Virus record (IMG/VR): IMGVR_UViG_3300012200_000015
Span: 1 to 26,413 of that record
Source: a virus
Lineage: Duplodnaviria > Caudoviricetes
Strand: one strand, 5' to 3'
DNA length: 26,413 bases
Position numbers and translations under genes: made by a program. Positions 15,879 to 25,071 of the stretch are shown piece after piece (within the stretch, counting starts at the first letter, position 1; every line of letters begins with the position of its first letter). The notes beneath the pieces are model-generated. The model worked only from the letters and a program-made list of their open reading frames with translations, made no database searches and was not told the origin of the DNA.

Positions 15879-16400
15879 TCAGAATGGGCGGTAGTGGTTA
15901 TTGCAAACAATTGGCACCGCTATTTCGGTCTTGCGGCCCCGGTCGGCGTCGATGAGGCCTTGCGGATTGGCAAGCATAACCATGTCGCCGATAGTAGCAT
16001 TGCGACCGTCATGCAAGATGCCCCCCAGCGTTAAATCCTGTGATACGTATTTCACGAGCGAGTTGTAAAACTTGAGCGCCCGATCACGTGAGGGTTTTTG
16101 TTCGCTACCGCCGAGGAAGACAACGATGTTGATGTAGATCTGAAATGTCTCGTTGACTTTCTGGAGGCCGTTGCCGAGCTGCACATAGTTCCGCACGCCC
16201 GATGCCGCCTCGGGATCGACCGGGTTAACCGCGCCCACCGTGATGGCCGTACCGTCCGATGAGACATTCCAGGATTCGATCAGGGTGAATTCATCATCCC
16301 CCACATCGACGATCATCTGCTCGCGTAGAGTGCGCCCCGTGATAGCATTGACCGCCGTGAGAAAATAGTCTATCGCGGGACCGATCGCGGAATCGGACAT
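15879..16400 (-). CDS. Putative tail terminator / head-tail completion protein
   Basis: Position; E.F.I...V..G and D.TLGG motifs. Confidence 0.65.
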   Translation of the reverse strand: MSDSAIGPAIDYFLTAVNAITGRTLREQMIVDVGDDEFTLIESWNVSSDGTAITVGAVNPVDPEAASGVRNYVQLGNGLQKVNETFQIYINIVVFLGGSEQKPSRDRALKFYNSLVKYVSQDLTLGGILHDGRNATIGDMVMLANPQGLIDADRGRKTEIAVPIVCNNHYRPF

Positions 16401-17269
16401 TACGCTATCCCAAAATTCGTCATTGCCGGAACGAGATTATCGAGCACGCGATTGGGCACCCAGAGTCCCATGAACATTTCACCTTGTGATTGGTCAATGC
16501 CGCCCGACTGGATGCGGTTGCCCGTCAATTTAGGTTGCCAGTTGATGCGCGCCAGATCCTTGCATGCCTGAGCCGCCGAAGGGGGCACGATCTCCCGTCC
16601 CGCCGTGTATTGCACCTGGATATTACCGCTACCGGGATGAAACGGCCCGGCATAGGACGACCAACGTCTCGTGACGATACCTGAATTGGGTGATTCGATC
16701 GAATACCCGAACGCCGTAAAGGTCGTACTGGGAATTGCGGGTTGCGCGGTGAGCGTGCGAAACGATCCCGGTCCGAGCATCTCCGTAATGAGTTCAATGC
16801 TCATGATCGGGGTGTGCTTGAGGCGGATTTGTGGATTGCCGCCATCGCAGAATTCAACGAATTGTTTCGGGACGATATCCCCGACGTAGTGCTCCACAAC
16901 CGCTGTGGCGGTTGCGAGCAAATCGGATAGCTCGTCATCGTATCGGGTTTCGGAGGCTGACACACTGAGGGATCTTTTCAGGTCGGCCAGGCTGACGATC
17001 CCCCCGGCGCGGCTTGTCACATTAATCGTCTGCGTATCCGCAAACGCATCATTCCCCGCACCGGCCCAGACGAGGACATGCCGTCCCGCGATCGTCGCCA
17101 CGAATTCGCTAACCCAGGCCCCGACGCCGGTATGCGTAACCATGGGTGTCAGGGTTGTATCGTCCGGTTGCACAACAAGTAACGTCACGGCCCCTGACGG
17201 GTCGATTGGAGCGCCCGTCTCGTCCGTATTGGACGTTGAGGCGTGAACGGTGTCACCCGTTATGAACAT
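16400..17269 (-). CDS. Head-tail connector (gp6-like) with an N-terminal beta-sandwich extension
   Basis: IVSLADLKRSL...DDELSDLL..AT..VE.YVG, V.YTAGR..VP motifs after about 85 aa of beta-rich sequence. Confidence 0.8.
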   Translation of the reverse strand: MFITGDTVHASTSNTDETGAPIDPSGAVTLLVVQPDDTTLTPMVTHTGVGAWVSEFVATIAGRHVLVWAGAGNDAFADTQTINVTSRAGGIVSLADLKRSLSVSASETRYDDELSDLLATATAVVEHYVGDIVPKQFVEFCDGGNPQIRLKHTPIMSIELITEMLGPGSFRTLTAQPAIPSTTFTAFGYSIESPNSGIVTRRWSSYAGPFHPGSGNIQVQYTAGREIVPPSAAQACKDLARINWQPKLTGNRIQSGGIDQSQGEMFMGLWVPNRVLDNLVPAMTNFGIA

Positions 17270-17281
17270 GGCGAGGCTTCC

Positions 17282-17557
17282 TTACTTGGATGACGTGATG
17301 GAGGTCTTGGCCTTGACGCCAAGCCCGCGTGAAAGGTTAAGCAGATCCGCGCCAATCGTGCGAGCCACGACCACGCCGGCCGCCGCGAAAGCCGCCAAGG
17401 TGAGCGCCGTCAGTGCCGATACGGAAACATGGACACCGGTTTGGTCGGCGACGAAAACGCCGATGATTCCAGCCGCAAGAACGTGGGTCGCGGTTACGAT
17501 TGCCTCGCGCGCAACGGTGACCACCGTCGCCCGAAAGGGGAAATTGGGGAATCTCAT
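17282..17557 (-). CDS. Putative holin
   Basis: 91 aa, two hydrophobic helices, basic C-terminus, directly after the endolysin. Confidence 0.65.
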   Translation of the reverse strand: MRFPNFPFRATVVTVAREAIVTATHVLAAGIIGVFVADQTGVHVSVSALTALTLAAFAAAGVVVARTIGADLLNLSRGLGVKAKTSITSSK

Positions 17558-17566
17558 AGGTGCCGC

Positions 17567-18592
17567 CTAGTGGATGAGTAGGGATTGACGGATATGCAAA
17601 CGCCCAGGATGGCGTAGGTGATTCAAGGATGCCAACTTGCGCCAAGTCGTGCCAAACCGCTTGGCAATTCGGCTCAGAATGTCACCATTGCGCACCCTGT
17701 AATACACGTGTCGCACGGGGCGGGCGCGAGGCTTAGCCTTGGCGACCACCTTGGGCTTCGGCTTGACGGCGGGCGCGGGGTGGGCTATTGGCGGGATTGT
17801 GATGGCCACTGGCGGCAGTAATCCCGAGACCGGGCCCTGCGTACCGGTAACACCTAGGGTGTCCAATAAGCCCGCCAGGGAGCCGAAGTAAACGTTATGG
17901 TCACACGGCGGCGCATTGTCGCTCCGCACCGGCAGGCCGTAAAGCACGTAATGGCCATTCGTGTATTGCTGCGCAAACTGTCCAGCCACTCTCTCGGATA
18001 CTTCGGTACCGTAGCTTGCAAGGATGACGTTCGCGCCGTTACGTGATGGCCAAAGACGTGCAAAATCACCCGCATTGGCATAGCCGATGGCGCGTCTAGG
18101 AGAGCCGAGCCAGCGTCCTTGCGTTGCCATTTCGGCATTGATATCAACCGAATGATTGCCGGAGATCTTGCCCTGCCATGACTCAATATCCGCCATACTG
18201 ACAAGCTGCGCCCATGGGGCACCTAGAACCTGTCGCTGGATAGCGGCGGCATCCACGCCGGGCTCGTAAACGAAATAGGCGATACAGATCGAGACGCGTC
18301 CAGCCAGTGAGGCGGCGCGACAGACTGCTGCATTGGTCTTGGCGAGCCTATCTACCTTGTTGCCATCATTCGTGCGGAACGCCTCAATCGGACCCTGGAA
18401 GCTGGCTTCATATGGTACGCCCTGAAATTCCGAGCGGTCCGGCCAGGCCACATAGGCGCGAATCGGCGCACTTGGTGCAGGATGGGGCATGTTCTGTGCC
18501 GCCTGGATACTCTGCCCAGTAAGGAGCGCGGTAGCCACGGCGACAATGCCCACAAGGCCATTGCGCGAGCTTGCCACAACCTTTGTCGCCAT
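17567..18592 (-). CDS. Endolysin: signal-peptide-like N-terminus, GH25-like muramidase, Pro/Lys linker, LysM
   Basis: DRSEFQG, DIESW, QQYTNG, CDHN; C-terminal YRVRNGDILSRIAKRFGTTWRKLASLN. Confidence 0.85.
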   Translation of the reverse strand: MATKVVASSRNGLVGIVAVATALLTGQSIQAAQNMPHPAPSAPIRAYVAWPDRSEFQGVPYEASFQGPIEAFRTNDGNKVDRLAKTNAAVCRAASLAGRVSICIAYFVYEPGVDAAAIQRQVLGAPWAQLVSMADIESWQGKISGNHSVDINAEMATQGRWLGSPRRAIGYANAGDFARLWPSRNGANVILASYGTEVSERVAGQFAQQYTNGHYVLYGLPVRSDNAPPCDHNVYFGSLAGLLDTLGVTGTQGPVSGLLPPVAITIPPIAHPAPAVKPKPKVVAKAKPRARPVRHVYYRVRNGDILSRIAKRFGTTWRKLASLNHLRHPGRLHIRQSLLIH

Positions 18593-18594
18593 AC

Positions 18595-18798
18595 CTAACG
18601 CCTCTCTTGCTTCGGATTGGCCGCATTCTCGCGGGCATTACCGGTATTGGTGAACCTGCCCAACTCGTGGCGGATCTCTTGCGCCCGGATGATATCCCCG
18701 GCGCGCTGTGTGGCTAACAGCTCGCGCTCTAAGAACGCCACATATTGGGCTCGTGTCATTGGGTCCACTTGCGTTGTCTTCCTCCTGTTAAGCGCCAC
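18595..18798 (-). CDS. Small hypothetical protein after the capsid gene (true start may be GTG 18768 or ATG 18759)
   Basis: AGGAGG at 18786-18781 precedes the in-frame GTG 18768; stop lies 2 nt before the endolysin ATG. Confidence 0.7.
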   Translation of the reverse strand: MALNRRKTTQVDPMTRAQYVAFLERELLATQRAGDIIRAQEIRHELGRFTNTGNARENAANPKQERR

Positions 18799-18858
18799 GC
18801 CGGGGAGACCCGGAAGCCAGGAACAGGAGGACCTAGCCCCCTACTTCCCCGACGTGGC
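18780..18858 (-). promoter_or_regulatory. Interleaved inverted repeats including an anti-Shine-Dalgarno sequence
   Basis: 10-bp perfect IR 18780-18789/18822-18831 covering AACAGGAGGA; 13-bp IR 18794-18806/18846-18858 with one G-U. Confidence 0.6.
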
Positions 18859-18875
18859 ACGACTAACCTACCGGC

Positions 18876-20237
18876 TTAGTAGCCAGCCTGAACGATCAGA
18901 CCAGTTCCACCGATGACCGACGTTGCCGCCGGGTACCGGTCCGCCATGCAGGCCGCATAGCTCCACAGCTGGAACAGGTTGTTGATCTTGCCGTCCGTCG
19001 TCGGAAGAACGCGCATGCGAAGCGAACCCTCCCAGAGAATGGACTGACTGAAGTCGGCGACGAGGATCTCCGACTCGTTGGTGCCCGCGCCGAGGTTCGT
19101 CGGCAGGTTGGCATCCATCCATGCACGCAAGGATGAGAAATCACCTACCGGGTCGCCATCGGTGACCGGGCCCAGGTTGGTGCCATAGGCGTTGTTCGGT
19201 CCGCCGTTGTTCGGCGTGATGAACGGACGACCTGCGGTGTCCTTTTGGCCGGTCAGCCAGTACCAGATGCTCGGGTGCAGCACACTGTCAGACGCGCGCA
19301 GTCCGGGAACCTTTGCGATCTGCGATGCCGCACGGGCCATCGCTTCCTGCAACTCCGGCAACGTCGGCGTGGCATCCGTGTAGGCCACCACCGTGCCAGC
19401 CGCGACCAATGCCGCGAGGGCGAACCGGTCGATGCGCTGATTGTAATGACGCGTCAGGTTCCGCATCAATTCCTCGTCCAGGATGGTCCCTGGCGAAGTA
19501 TCGAGCAATTTCTGCGTCACGCGCGATTCGCCACCGATCGTGGCGACAGTTGCCACCAAGTCGGTTGCCACGGTGTCCTGTTCGGCCAGGGTGGCATCCT
19601 CGGCGTTGGTGTCCACCACGGAACCAACCGTCACCTTCGGGAGGTGAATGGACGAGATACCCTCGGGCAGGTCGCCATGCGTGAGACGATCCGCGATCGT
19701 ACGACCCGCGACAGCTTCTGGAACGAATTGGTCGATCAGGAAGACTGGCGGCGCGAACGAACCGGCCGACGCACTACCCGTGGCGCGCTCTTCAGTACCA
19801 CGCGACCCATCGAACGGATTCACGAAGTTACGACCGCGTGTCTCCTTCAGGACCTCGTATTCGTCACCGATGGAACGCTCGTGACGGTTCAGGCGATCGC
19901 GAGCATCGAAATCACCCTCGCGTGCCTTGAGCATGTCACGGAAGATGGAATGTTTGCCATTCTTCCGATACACGCTCGGCTCCGACACGATGACCGCCGG
20001 GGAAGCTGTCGGGCCGTGACCCACTGCCGCCTTACGGGCCTCGTCGAACTCTTCCTGCGTTGCGATGGTCTTGATGGCCGCGCGAACGGTGGCCATGTGG
20101 CCCTCGACGAGCGCCTCTTCCTCGGTCGTGAGGTTGCGGAGTTCGCCGCCCCGCGCCTCGGCTGCGGACGTGACGGCCTCAATGGCAGCCAGCGCCGCTG
20201 CGCGTGCCTCACGGGCACGCTGTAGAATGGGATTCAT
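18876..20237 (-). CDS. HK97-fold major capsid protein with N-terminal delta domain
   Basis: 453 aa; coiled-coil N-terminus; G.FAPP, KDTAGRP, ILVADFS motifs; AAAGGA RBS. Confidence 0.93.
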   Translation of the reverse strand: MNPILQRAREARAAALAAIEAVTSAAEARGGELRNLTTEEEALVEGHMATVRAAIKTIATQEEFDEARKAAVGHGPTASPAVIVSEPSVYRKNGKHSIFRDMLKAREGDFDARDRLNRHERSIGDEYEVLKETRGRNFVNPFDGSRGTEERATGSASAGSFAPPVFLIDQFVPEAVAGRTIADRLTHGDLPEGISSIHLPKVTVGSVVDTNAEDATLAEQDTVATDLVATVATIGGESRVTQKLLDTSPGTILDEELMRNLTRHYNQRIDRFALAALVAAGTVVAYTDATPTLPELQEAMARAASQIAKVPGLRASDSVLHPSIWYWLTGQKDTAGRPFITPNNGGPNNAYGTNLGPVTDGDPVGDFSSLRAWMDANLPTNLGAGTNESEILVADFSQSILWEGSLRMRVLPTTDGKINNLFQLWSYAACMADRYPAATSVIGGTGLIVQAGY

Positions 20238-20343
20238 TCCATTCCTTTCTGATCGGATGAATGTTGCACTATTCGTTCCGGGTGATCGTCAGGTGTCCGC
20301 GACGGCGGACGGCGTGACCAATCGGCGCTGAACATTCCCCACG

Positions 20344-21294
20344 CTAATGCGTGGGAATTCTTTTACCCTCAGTTGCCAGCAAGGCGAGAGCCCGCGCTAG
20401 AACGGGCGACATGGCTCCCGCGATGGCACTCCTAGCCTCAGTATCGGCGGGGGGTGCATCGGCCTCTATCTCGATGGGTTCGGCATCTGGATTGGGGATC
20501 CCGATCAGCTCGGCCAAGAGTGGCTGTGCCGCATCTACGGCATCATCGGCATCCGAGATGAGATCCAAGACGGCCTGAAGCACCTCTTGTGTGCTAGCCG
20601 AAATCTTGGCACCTCCACGACGTTCGGACTCCGCACGCGCCGCCACGAGGCCGGGAATGCCTGCCCGGATCACCGCGTCGGCTTGCGCCTTGCGGAGCCC
20701 GATCGTGCCATTGGTGGCCGGATTGGCGGGATGGGTGACGATTGATTCATCGCCGCCGTCCAGATCGATCTCCAGAATACTGCGCTGCATGTAGTCGGGC
20801 GACCAGTCTTGCCGTACAACCACAAAAGCGAAGGACATCCCGATTAGATCACCGCGATCAATAGCGGAGCATAGGGCGTGAACATCGGCCCGCGTGAGAT
20901 CCAGTGTGGCCTCACAATACAAGCCCGTTTCGTCCTCGATCGTCTTTAGGGTGCCAGAGATGGTCCGCGCAAGCGGGATAGCATTCCAATCATGATTCAC
21001 GCACAGAATGACATCGGCATTCTCGCTGAGCGTCTTCGCGAAGGCTCCGGGCTGCACGGTCTCGGTGTATGAACCGAAATAGTCACATAGGGTATAGGCC
21101 TGTCCGGTAATACATGCATACCCGGTGAAAACGGTCGTCGTGTCGCCCGTGGCGGTCACGTTCATGTCGTCCGCGCGGAGCTGGAGCGTCTGTGGCATCG
21201 CCTGACGAATGAGCGCCCGCGCGGCCATGCTGTCGCCGTCCAGGAATCGACGCTCCAGCTCGGCTTGCTGCTTAGCCCTGTATCGGAGATTCAT
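20344..21294 (-). CDS. HK97-family prohead protease
   Basis: FTGYA, E.V.PGAF.KTL, NHD...PLART, GMSFAF, SIVTHPANP motifs. Confidence 0.92.
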   Translation of the reverse strand: MNLRYRAKQQAELERRFLDGDSMAARALIRQAMPQTLQLRADDMNVTATGDTTTVFTGYACITGQAYTLCDYFGSYTETVQPGAFAKTLSENADVILCVNHDWNAIPLARTISGTLKTIEDETGLYCEATLDLTRADVHALCSAIDRGDLIGMSFAFVVVRQDWSPDYMQRSILEIDLDGGDESIVTHPANPATNGTIGLRKAQADAVIRAGIPGLVAARAESERRGGAKISASTQEVLQAVLDLISDADDAVDAAQPLLAELIGIPNPDAEPIEIEADAPPADTEARSAIAGAMSPVLARALALLATEGKRIPTH

Positions 21295-22522
21295 CCACGC
21301 CCCCATTGTCGTTGGTGCCATCCGGCTTGGTCGTACTATTGCTATTCAATGGGGCCCCATGGTCATCCCCGATGGGATTGTCAATCGGGGAGCGCCCCAG
21401 ATAGGCACGCAACTCATTGATTGAGAGCGTACCAGTAGATCGCATCGCCGTGGCAAAACTGACGAATGCTTCTAGTGATACCTTGAGTAGGGTTGCCATG
21501 ATGTCGAACTGAGTGAAGGTATCGTCGCCCCCTTCGATAAAGGGGTCGAATGCCTCTTCGATGCGACGGAAGATCGTATTAAGCGTGGTTCGGACATAAT
21601 CCTCGGTAATCGAGGCCAGCCCCTTACCGCCGCCGGTCTGATTACCCGCCGCTGCCTGGGCTCGCGATAGCGGCACGCCGAATACTCCGCCGATTTCTTC
21701 GCGGGTCATAGCGCGGGTGGCTAGCATTTGTGCAGCCTCGGGCGAAATGGTGATGCTATGGAACTCTGCCCCGCCGCCCAGGATGCCCACCTCGTGGGCG
21801 TTACGTACCCCTGCGTGTTGGGCCTTGAAGAATCGTTTGATATCTTCGGCCTGAGTGCTATTGATGGGCGTCTTCACCGATACGAACCCTGAGGGCGTGA
21901 CGGCATTTTCAAAGAATTCGCTGCCATATTGGGCCACATTAGACGCGTAACGGAATTCCCGAGCCAGTGCGGAGAGCACGTCGATGCCCGCGACCTCGCC
22001 GGGATAGGTCATTGCCGCAATATGCACGATGCCCTCGTAGATAGTTCCGCCTATGCGGAACTTCTTTCGACCATCATTCTCGTCGATAAAGGGCGTAACG
22101 CCGGATGGGTTAAGCACTCGGAATTCCAGGGGCATACCTGTTGCGGGATTCCAGCGGGTCACCCAAAGGTAGGCATTACCGCGCAAAAGGAGCGAGACGA
22201 CAATGGCCGACAGGCCCTGCATGGCCGTCATGTTCGGACCAAATGGTGACGACACGATCGCGGGCTGTTGGGCTAGCTTCTGGCGTGCGCCATAACGATC
22301 ACCAGACCATGCCTTGAATGGCGTAGATGACACGTCTTCGGCAATGGCCTTGACGCAAATGTAAACATGTGCCAGGGCCAATACGCCCCGGTCGCCCAGA
22401 TTGACCCCGGACTTCCCCCAACCTAGCGACCAGTTCGGCGGCAGGGTATAATCCCAGCCAACTAGCGAGGCCTCCCCGCGCTTAGTAAGGCCGCGCCAGG
22501 CGGCCCGAACGAGACTGGCCAT
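21272..22522 (-). CDS. HK97-family portal protein
   Basis: VY.CV..IAEDVS, LLLRGNAY, FFEN..TPSG, LSINELRA motifs. Confidence 0.93.
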   Translation of the reverse strand: MASLVRAAWRGLTKRGEASLVGWDYTLPPNWSLGWGKSGVNLGDRGVLALAHVYICVKAIAEDVSSTPFKAWSGDRYGARQKLAQQPAIVSSPFGPNMTAMQGLSAIVVSLLLRGNAYLWVTRWNPATGMPLEFRVLNPSGVTPFIDENDGRKKFRIGGTIYEGIVHIAAMTYPGEVAGIDVLSALAREFRYASNVAQYGSEFFENAVTPSGFVSVKTPINSTQAEDIKRFFKAQHAGVRNAHEVGILGGGAEFHSITISPEAAQMLATRAMTREEIGGVFGVPLSRAQAAAGNQTGGGKGLASITEDYVRTTLNTIFRRIEEAFDPFIEGGDDTFTQFDIMATLLKVSLEAFVSFATAMRSTGTLSINELRAYLGRSPIDNPIGDDHGAPLNSNSTTKPDGTNDNGGVDESPIQG

Positions 22523-22686
22523 TAGGCGCTAGGCGCCTTGTTCTGGACCTTGACACCCTCGCGGGCCAGGGCGAAGAATAGACATAGCGCGCCCGCGATG
22601 ATGACCGTCACGGCTGTTCCGCATGTCAACGCCACACCGGCCGCCACGAGGGCAATCCCGACTAGCTCAAGCAAAATCGTAAGCAT
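22522..22686 (-). CDS. 54-aa two-TM membrane protein between terminase and portal
   Basis: ATG 22686 after AAGG/AGGA; hydrophobic hairpin; TAATG overlap with the portal. Confidence 0.7.
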   Translation of the reverse strand: MLTILLELVGIALVAAGVALTCGTAVTVIIAGALCLFFALAREGVKVQNKAPSA

Positions 22687-22708
22687 GTCCTGTTTACCTT
22701 TCGATTGC

Positions 22709-24139
22709 TTAGAAAACGAACTGTACCCCGCCGGAGACGAAATAGCCATACCCCAAAGTGGCCGCAACAATGGGAGCAATATCCCCCCGCGCACCACGCC
22801 GCGCCCAGACGAACCGCCCCTCACCGCGTGGCCGCTTACGGATCACAGCGACTGCCGAATCAAATTCGGTACAGGGGAGCTGGCGGAACAAACCTGACCG
22901 TACACCATCGGCCAGGAGTGCGCAATCTGACTGATATTCCACGGCCTGCCGCACATAGACGAAGACGTTCGCCTCTTGCAGATCGGCAACAAGGCTGGCT
23001 AGGGGGCCATCCCCGTCCACAACAAGCGTAACTCCCGGGAATTCCGCGCCAAGCTCGGCCATACGCGCCACGAATATCGGCCGCTCAAACGGCGCGCGCT
23101 CCACAAGCTCCACAACCGGCGTGCCATCAATATCCATCACGGCCACCACGGAAACATGCGTGCGTTCGAAATTCATGTCAGCGGCCAATACAGAGGGCAC
23201 CACTGGGCCCACATGGTCCAATTCTAGCTGCATCCATTGCTCGATACTCAGATCACCCGGCGTGGCGGACGGAAATCCCCAAATCCCCAAGATCTCACGC
23301 GCGAAAGACTCGGGCAGCATCTTGTTATGAAAATGCCGAAGGGTCTTCTCGCTGAGACGGTGCGGGAAGCCGGGATTGGCCGCCGCCCACGTCTCCGGCA
23401 GGCTGACATCATCCTCTTCCGTGGCGCACCAATCGGCGAAAAAGTCATCCCCGCTTGTGATGCCATTACGTCCCTGACGGACAATATTCGCCCAGATCTG
23501 CGAATCCTCCTCATCGGGGAAGCCTGGTGTAGAGGTATAGATCGTCTGAGGATTGCGGCTTACGCCCTGTGTGGGCACGAACGCGGAATGGCCATGTTCG
23601 CCAAGCTTGAGCGCCTCGTCCCATACGATGAGGTCGATCACGGTAAAGCCTCGCCCATTGCCGCCGGAACTACCGCGCGCCACGAACTGAAGCTCCCCGC
23701 CACCTTTGAACCGGAATCCCTGTTCACCGGCTCGCTCGCGGGGGCGACCGATTAGGCGCGCCATGAGCGCCGGGGTGTCGAGGATGACGGCCTTGAGATG
23801 CTCAAACGACTTGCCCGCCGTGAGGAGATTCTGCGCCGACCAGACAATATGCTCGCCAAGCATGACCATGCCGTAAAGTACGCGCGCCTCAACCGTCCAG
23901 GTCTTGCCATTCTGACGCGGGGCCTCGATCGCGGCCGTGCGGGCCGCCCAGATATCATCCGGGGCCAGGTTGAGCATCTCCTGGAGTTGCCATTGCTGCC
24001 AGTCGTCACCATTGCCAAACTTGACAGCGGTCAGAAATTCCTGACACTCCGTATAGCGCGTGTAATCCCCGCCATTGGTCGGCAGGAGGTAATAACGCGG
24101 GGGGCATTTGAGGTCATCAATACTAAGCACGCGCGTCAC
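22709..24139 (-). CDS. terL: Terminase large subunit
   Basis: Walker A PRQNGKT, Walker B LIVWDEA, YTSTPG, W..ANP, F.RE.LG.W, nuclease AADM. Confidence 0.93.
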   Translation of the reverse strand: MTRVLSIDDLKCPPRYYLLPTNGGDYTRYTECQEFLTAVKFGNGDDWQQWQLQEMLNLAPDDIWAARTAAIEAPRQNGKTWTVEARVLYGMVMLGEHIVWSAQNLLTAGKSFEHLKAVILDTPALMARLIGRPRERAGEQGFRFKGGGELQFVARGSSGGNGRGFTVIDLIVWDEALKLGEHGHSAFVPTQGVSRNPQTIYTSTPGFPDEEDSQIWANIVRQGRNGITSGDDFFADWCATEEDDVSLPETWAAANPGFPHRLSEKTLRHFHNKMLPESFAREILGIWGFPSATPGDLSIEQWMQLELDHVGPVVPSVLAADMNFERTHVSVVAVMDIDGTPVVELVERAPFERPIFVARMAELGAEFPGVTLVVDGDGPLASLVADLQEANVFVYVRQAVEYQSDCALLADGVRSGLFRQLPCTEFDSAVAVIRKRPRGEGRFVWARRGARGDIAPIVAATLGYGYFVSGGVQFVF

Positions 24140-24347
24140 GGCGGCTCTCCAGGTCGGCCAACGGGTCGCCCGATTCGGTAGATCGAGATCGCATCACGCT
24201 TAGCACCTCGGCCAAATGACGGGCCGTGGCGGCCGGGGATTCCCCCTTGTCAAGCGCCTTACCAAGCGCAAGGGCAATCTCCGCTTCCGGCGTGCCGCCT
24301 ACGCGGAGCCTATCGATTTCGCTTCTTACGGCATCCTCAACGGCCAT
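24123..24347 (-). CDS. Putative terminase small subunit
   Basis: 74-aa helical protein overlapping terL; LA..LD...AA..L and DPL.DL..RR pattern. Confidence 0.6.
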   Translation of the reverse strand: MAVEDAVRSEIDRLRVGGTPEAEIALALGKALDKGESPAATARHLAEVLSVMRSRSTESGDPLADLESRRDARA

Positions 24348-25071
24348 TAATGTTCACCCGCTCCATTAGCTGACGCCCCATATGTAAAGCATAGGCCGGA
24401 GGTATCGCTTGCGACATCTGTTGCGCCGACATCCAATCTATTCCCATCGCGGCCGAAGTAACCAATAGCTCGCGACGTGCGTCCGGGAGGCCATCGAAAA
24501 GCATCTGCCCTCCATTACCAAAAACCGGCACGGTACCGCTAGGCTGGACCCGGCCAGCGGCCTTTGAGATCCGCCGCTGATACCCACGGTGCAGATCTTG
24601 CCAGGCGTGATTACAAGGGGTGCCTAGCGCGGGGAAATTGGTCTCGAATAGGCGATGGCGTCGAACGCGAAGTCCTAAAGCGCTGCCACAAATTTGCACC
24701 GGGTCCATAAGGGGGGACCCGGGCACGTTCTCCATCACCCACGGGAGCCCAGCAGCCCGAAAGAGATCGCGCGTATCGGGTATGAGATTCACATGCCCGA
24801 GAGGGTTATTGGGGTGCAAAGCTGCCAAGCTTGTGAATAGCTTACATGGCGGTGACCCGGTAAGCGCTTGCGCATCATGCCGCCGTATCCAATCGATGGT
24901 GATATCGCGAATATCCGCCTGGTGAAACTCAAATGGGTAGGCCGGCTGGCGTTTGAGGTCAATACCAATCACCCGAAATCCGGCCATGTGATACCCCATA
25001 GATGCACCACCGCTGGCGCAATGGAAGTCGATGAGGGTCGGGCGAGAATCTATGGCATTCTTAACGGCCAT
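24337..25071 (-). CDS. DNA cytosine-C5 methyltransferase (short, orphan)
   Basis: Motif I variant DFHCASGG, catalytic SPPC, ENV, RHRLFE, QAIPPAY. Confidence 0.88.
   Translation of the reverse strand: MAVKNAIDSRPTLIDFHCASGGASMGYHMAGFRVIGIDLKRQPAYPFEFHQADIRDITIDWIRRHDAQALTGSPPCKLFTSLAALHPNNPLGHVNLIPDTRDLFRAAGLPWVMENVPGSPLMDPVQICGSALGLRVRRHRLFETNFPALGTPCNHAWQDLHRGYQRRISKAAGRVQPSGTVPVFGNGGQMLFDGLPDARRELLVTSAAMGIDWMSAQQMSQAIPPAYALHMGRQLMERVNINGR

Noticed and set aside
19245-20225. 326-aa plus-strand ORF antisense to the capsid gene
   Set aside because: Shadow ORF expected from high-GC codon bias; no recognisable motifs. The same applies to 11178..11969, 9010..9666, 6088..6639 and 23237..23755.
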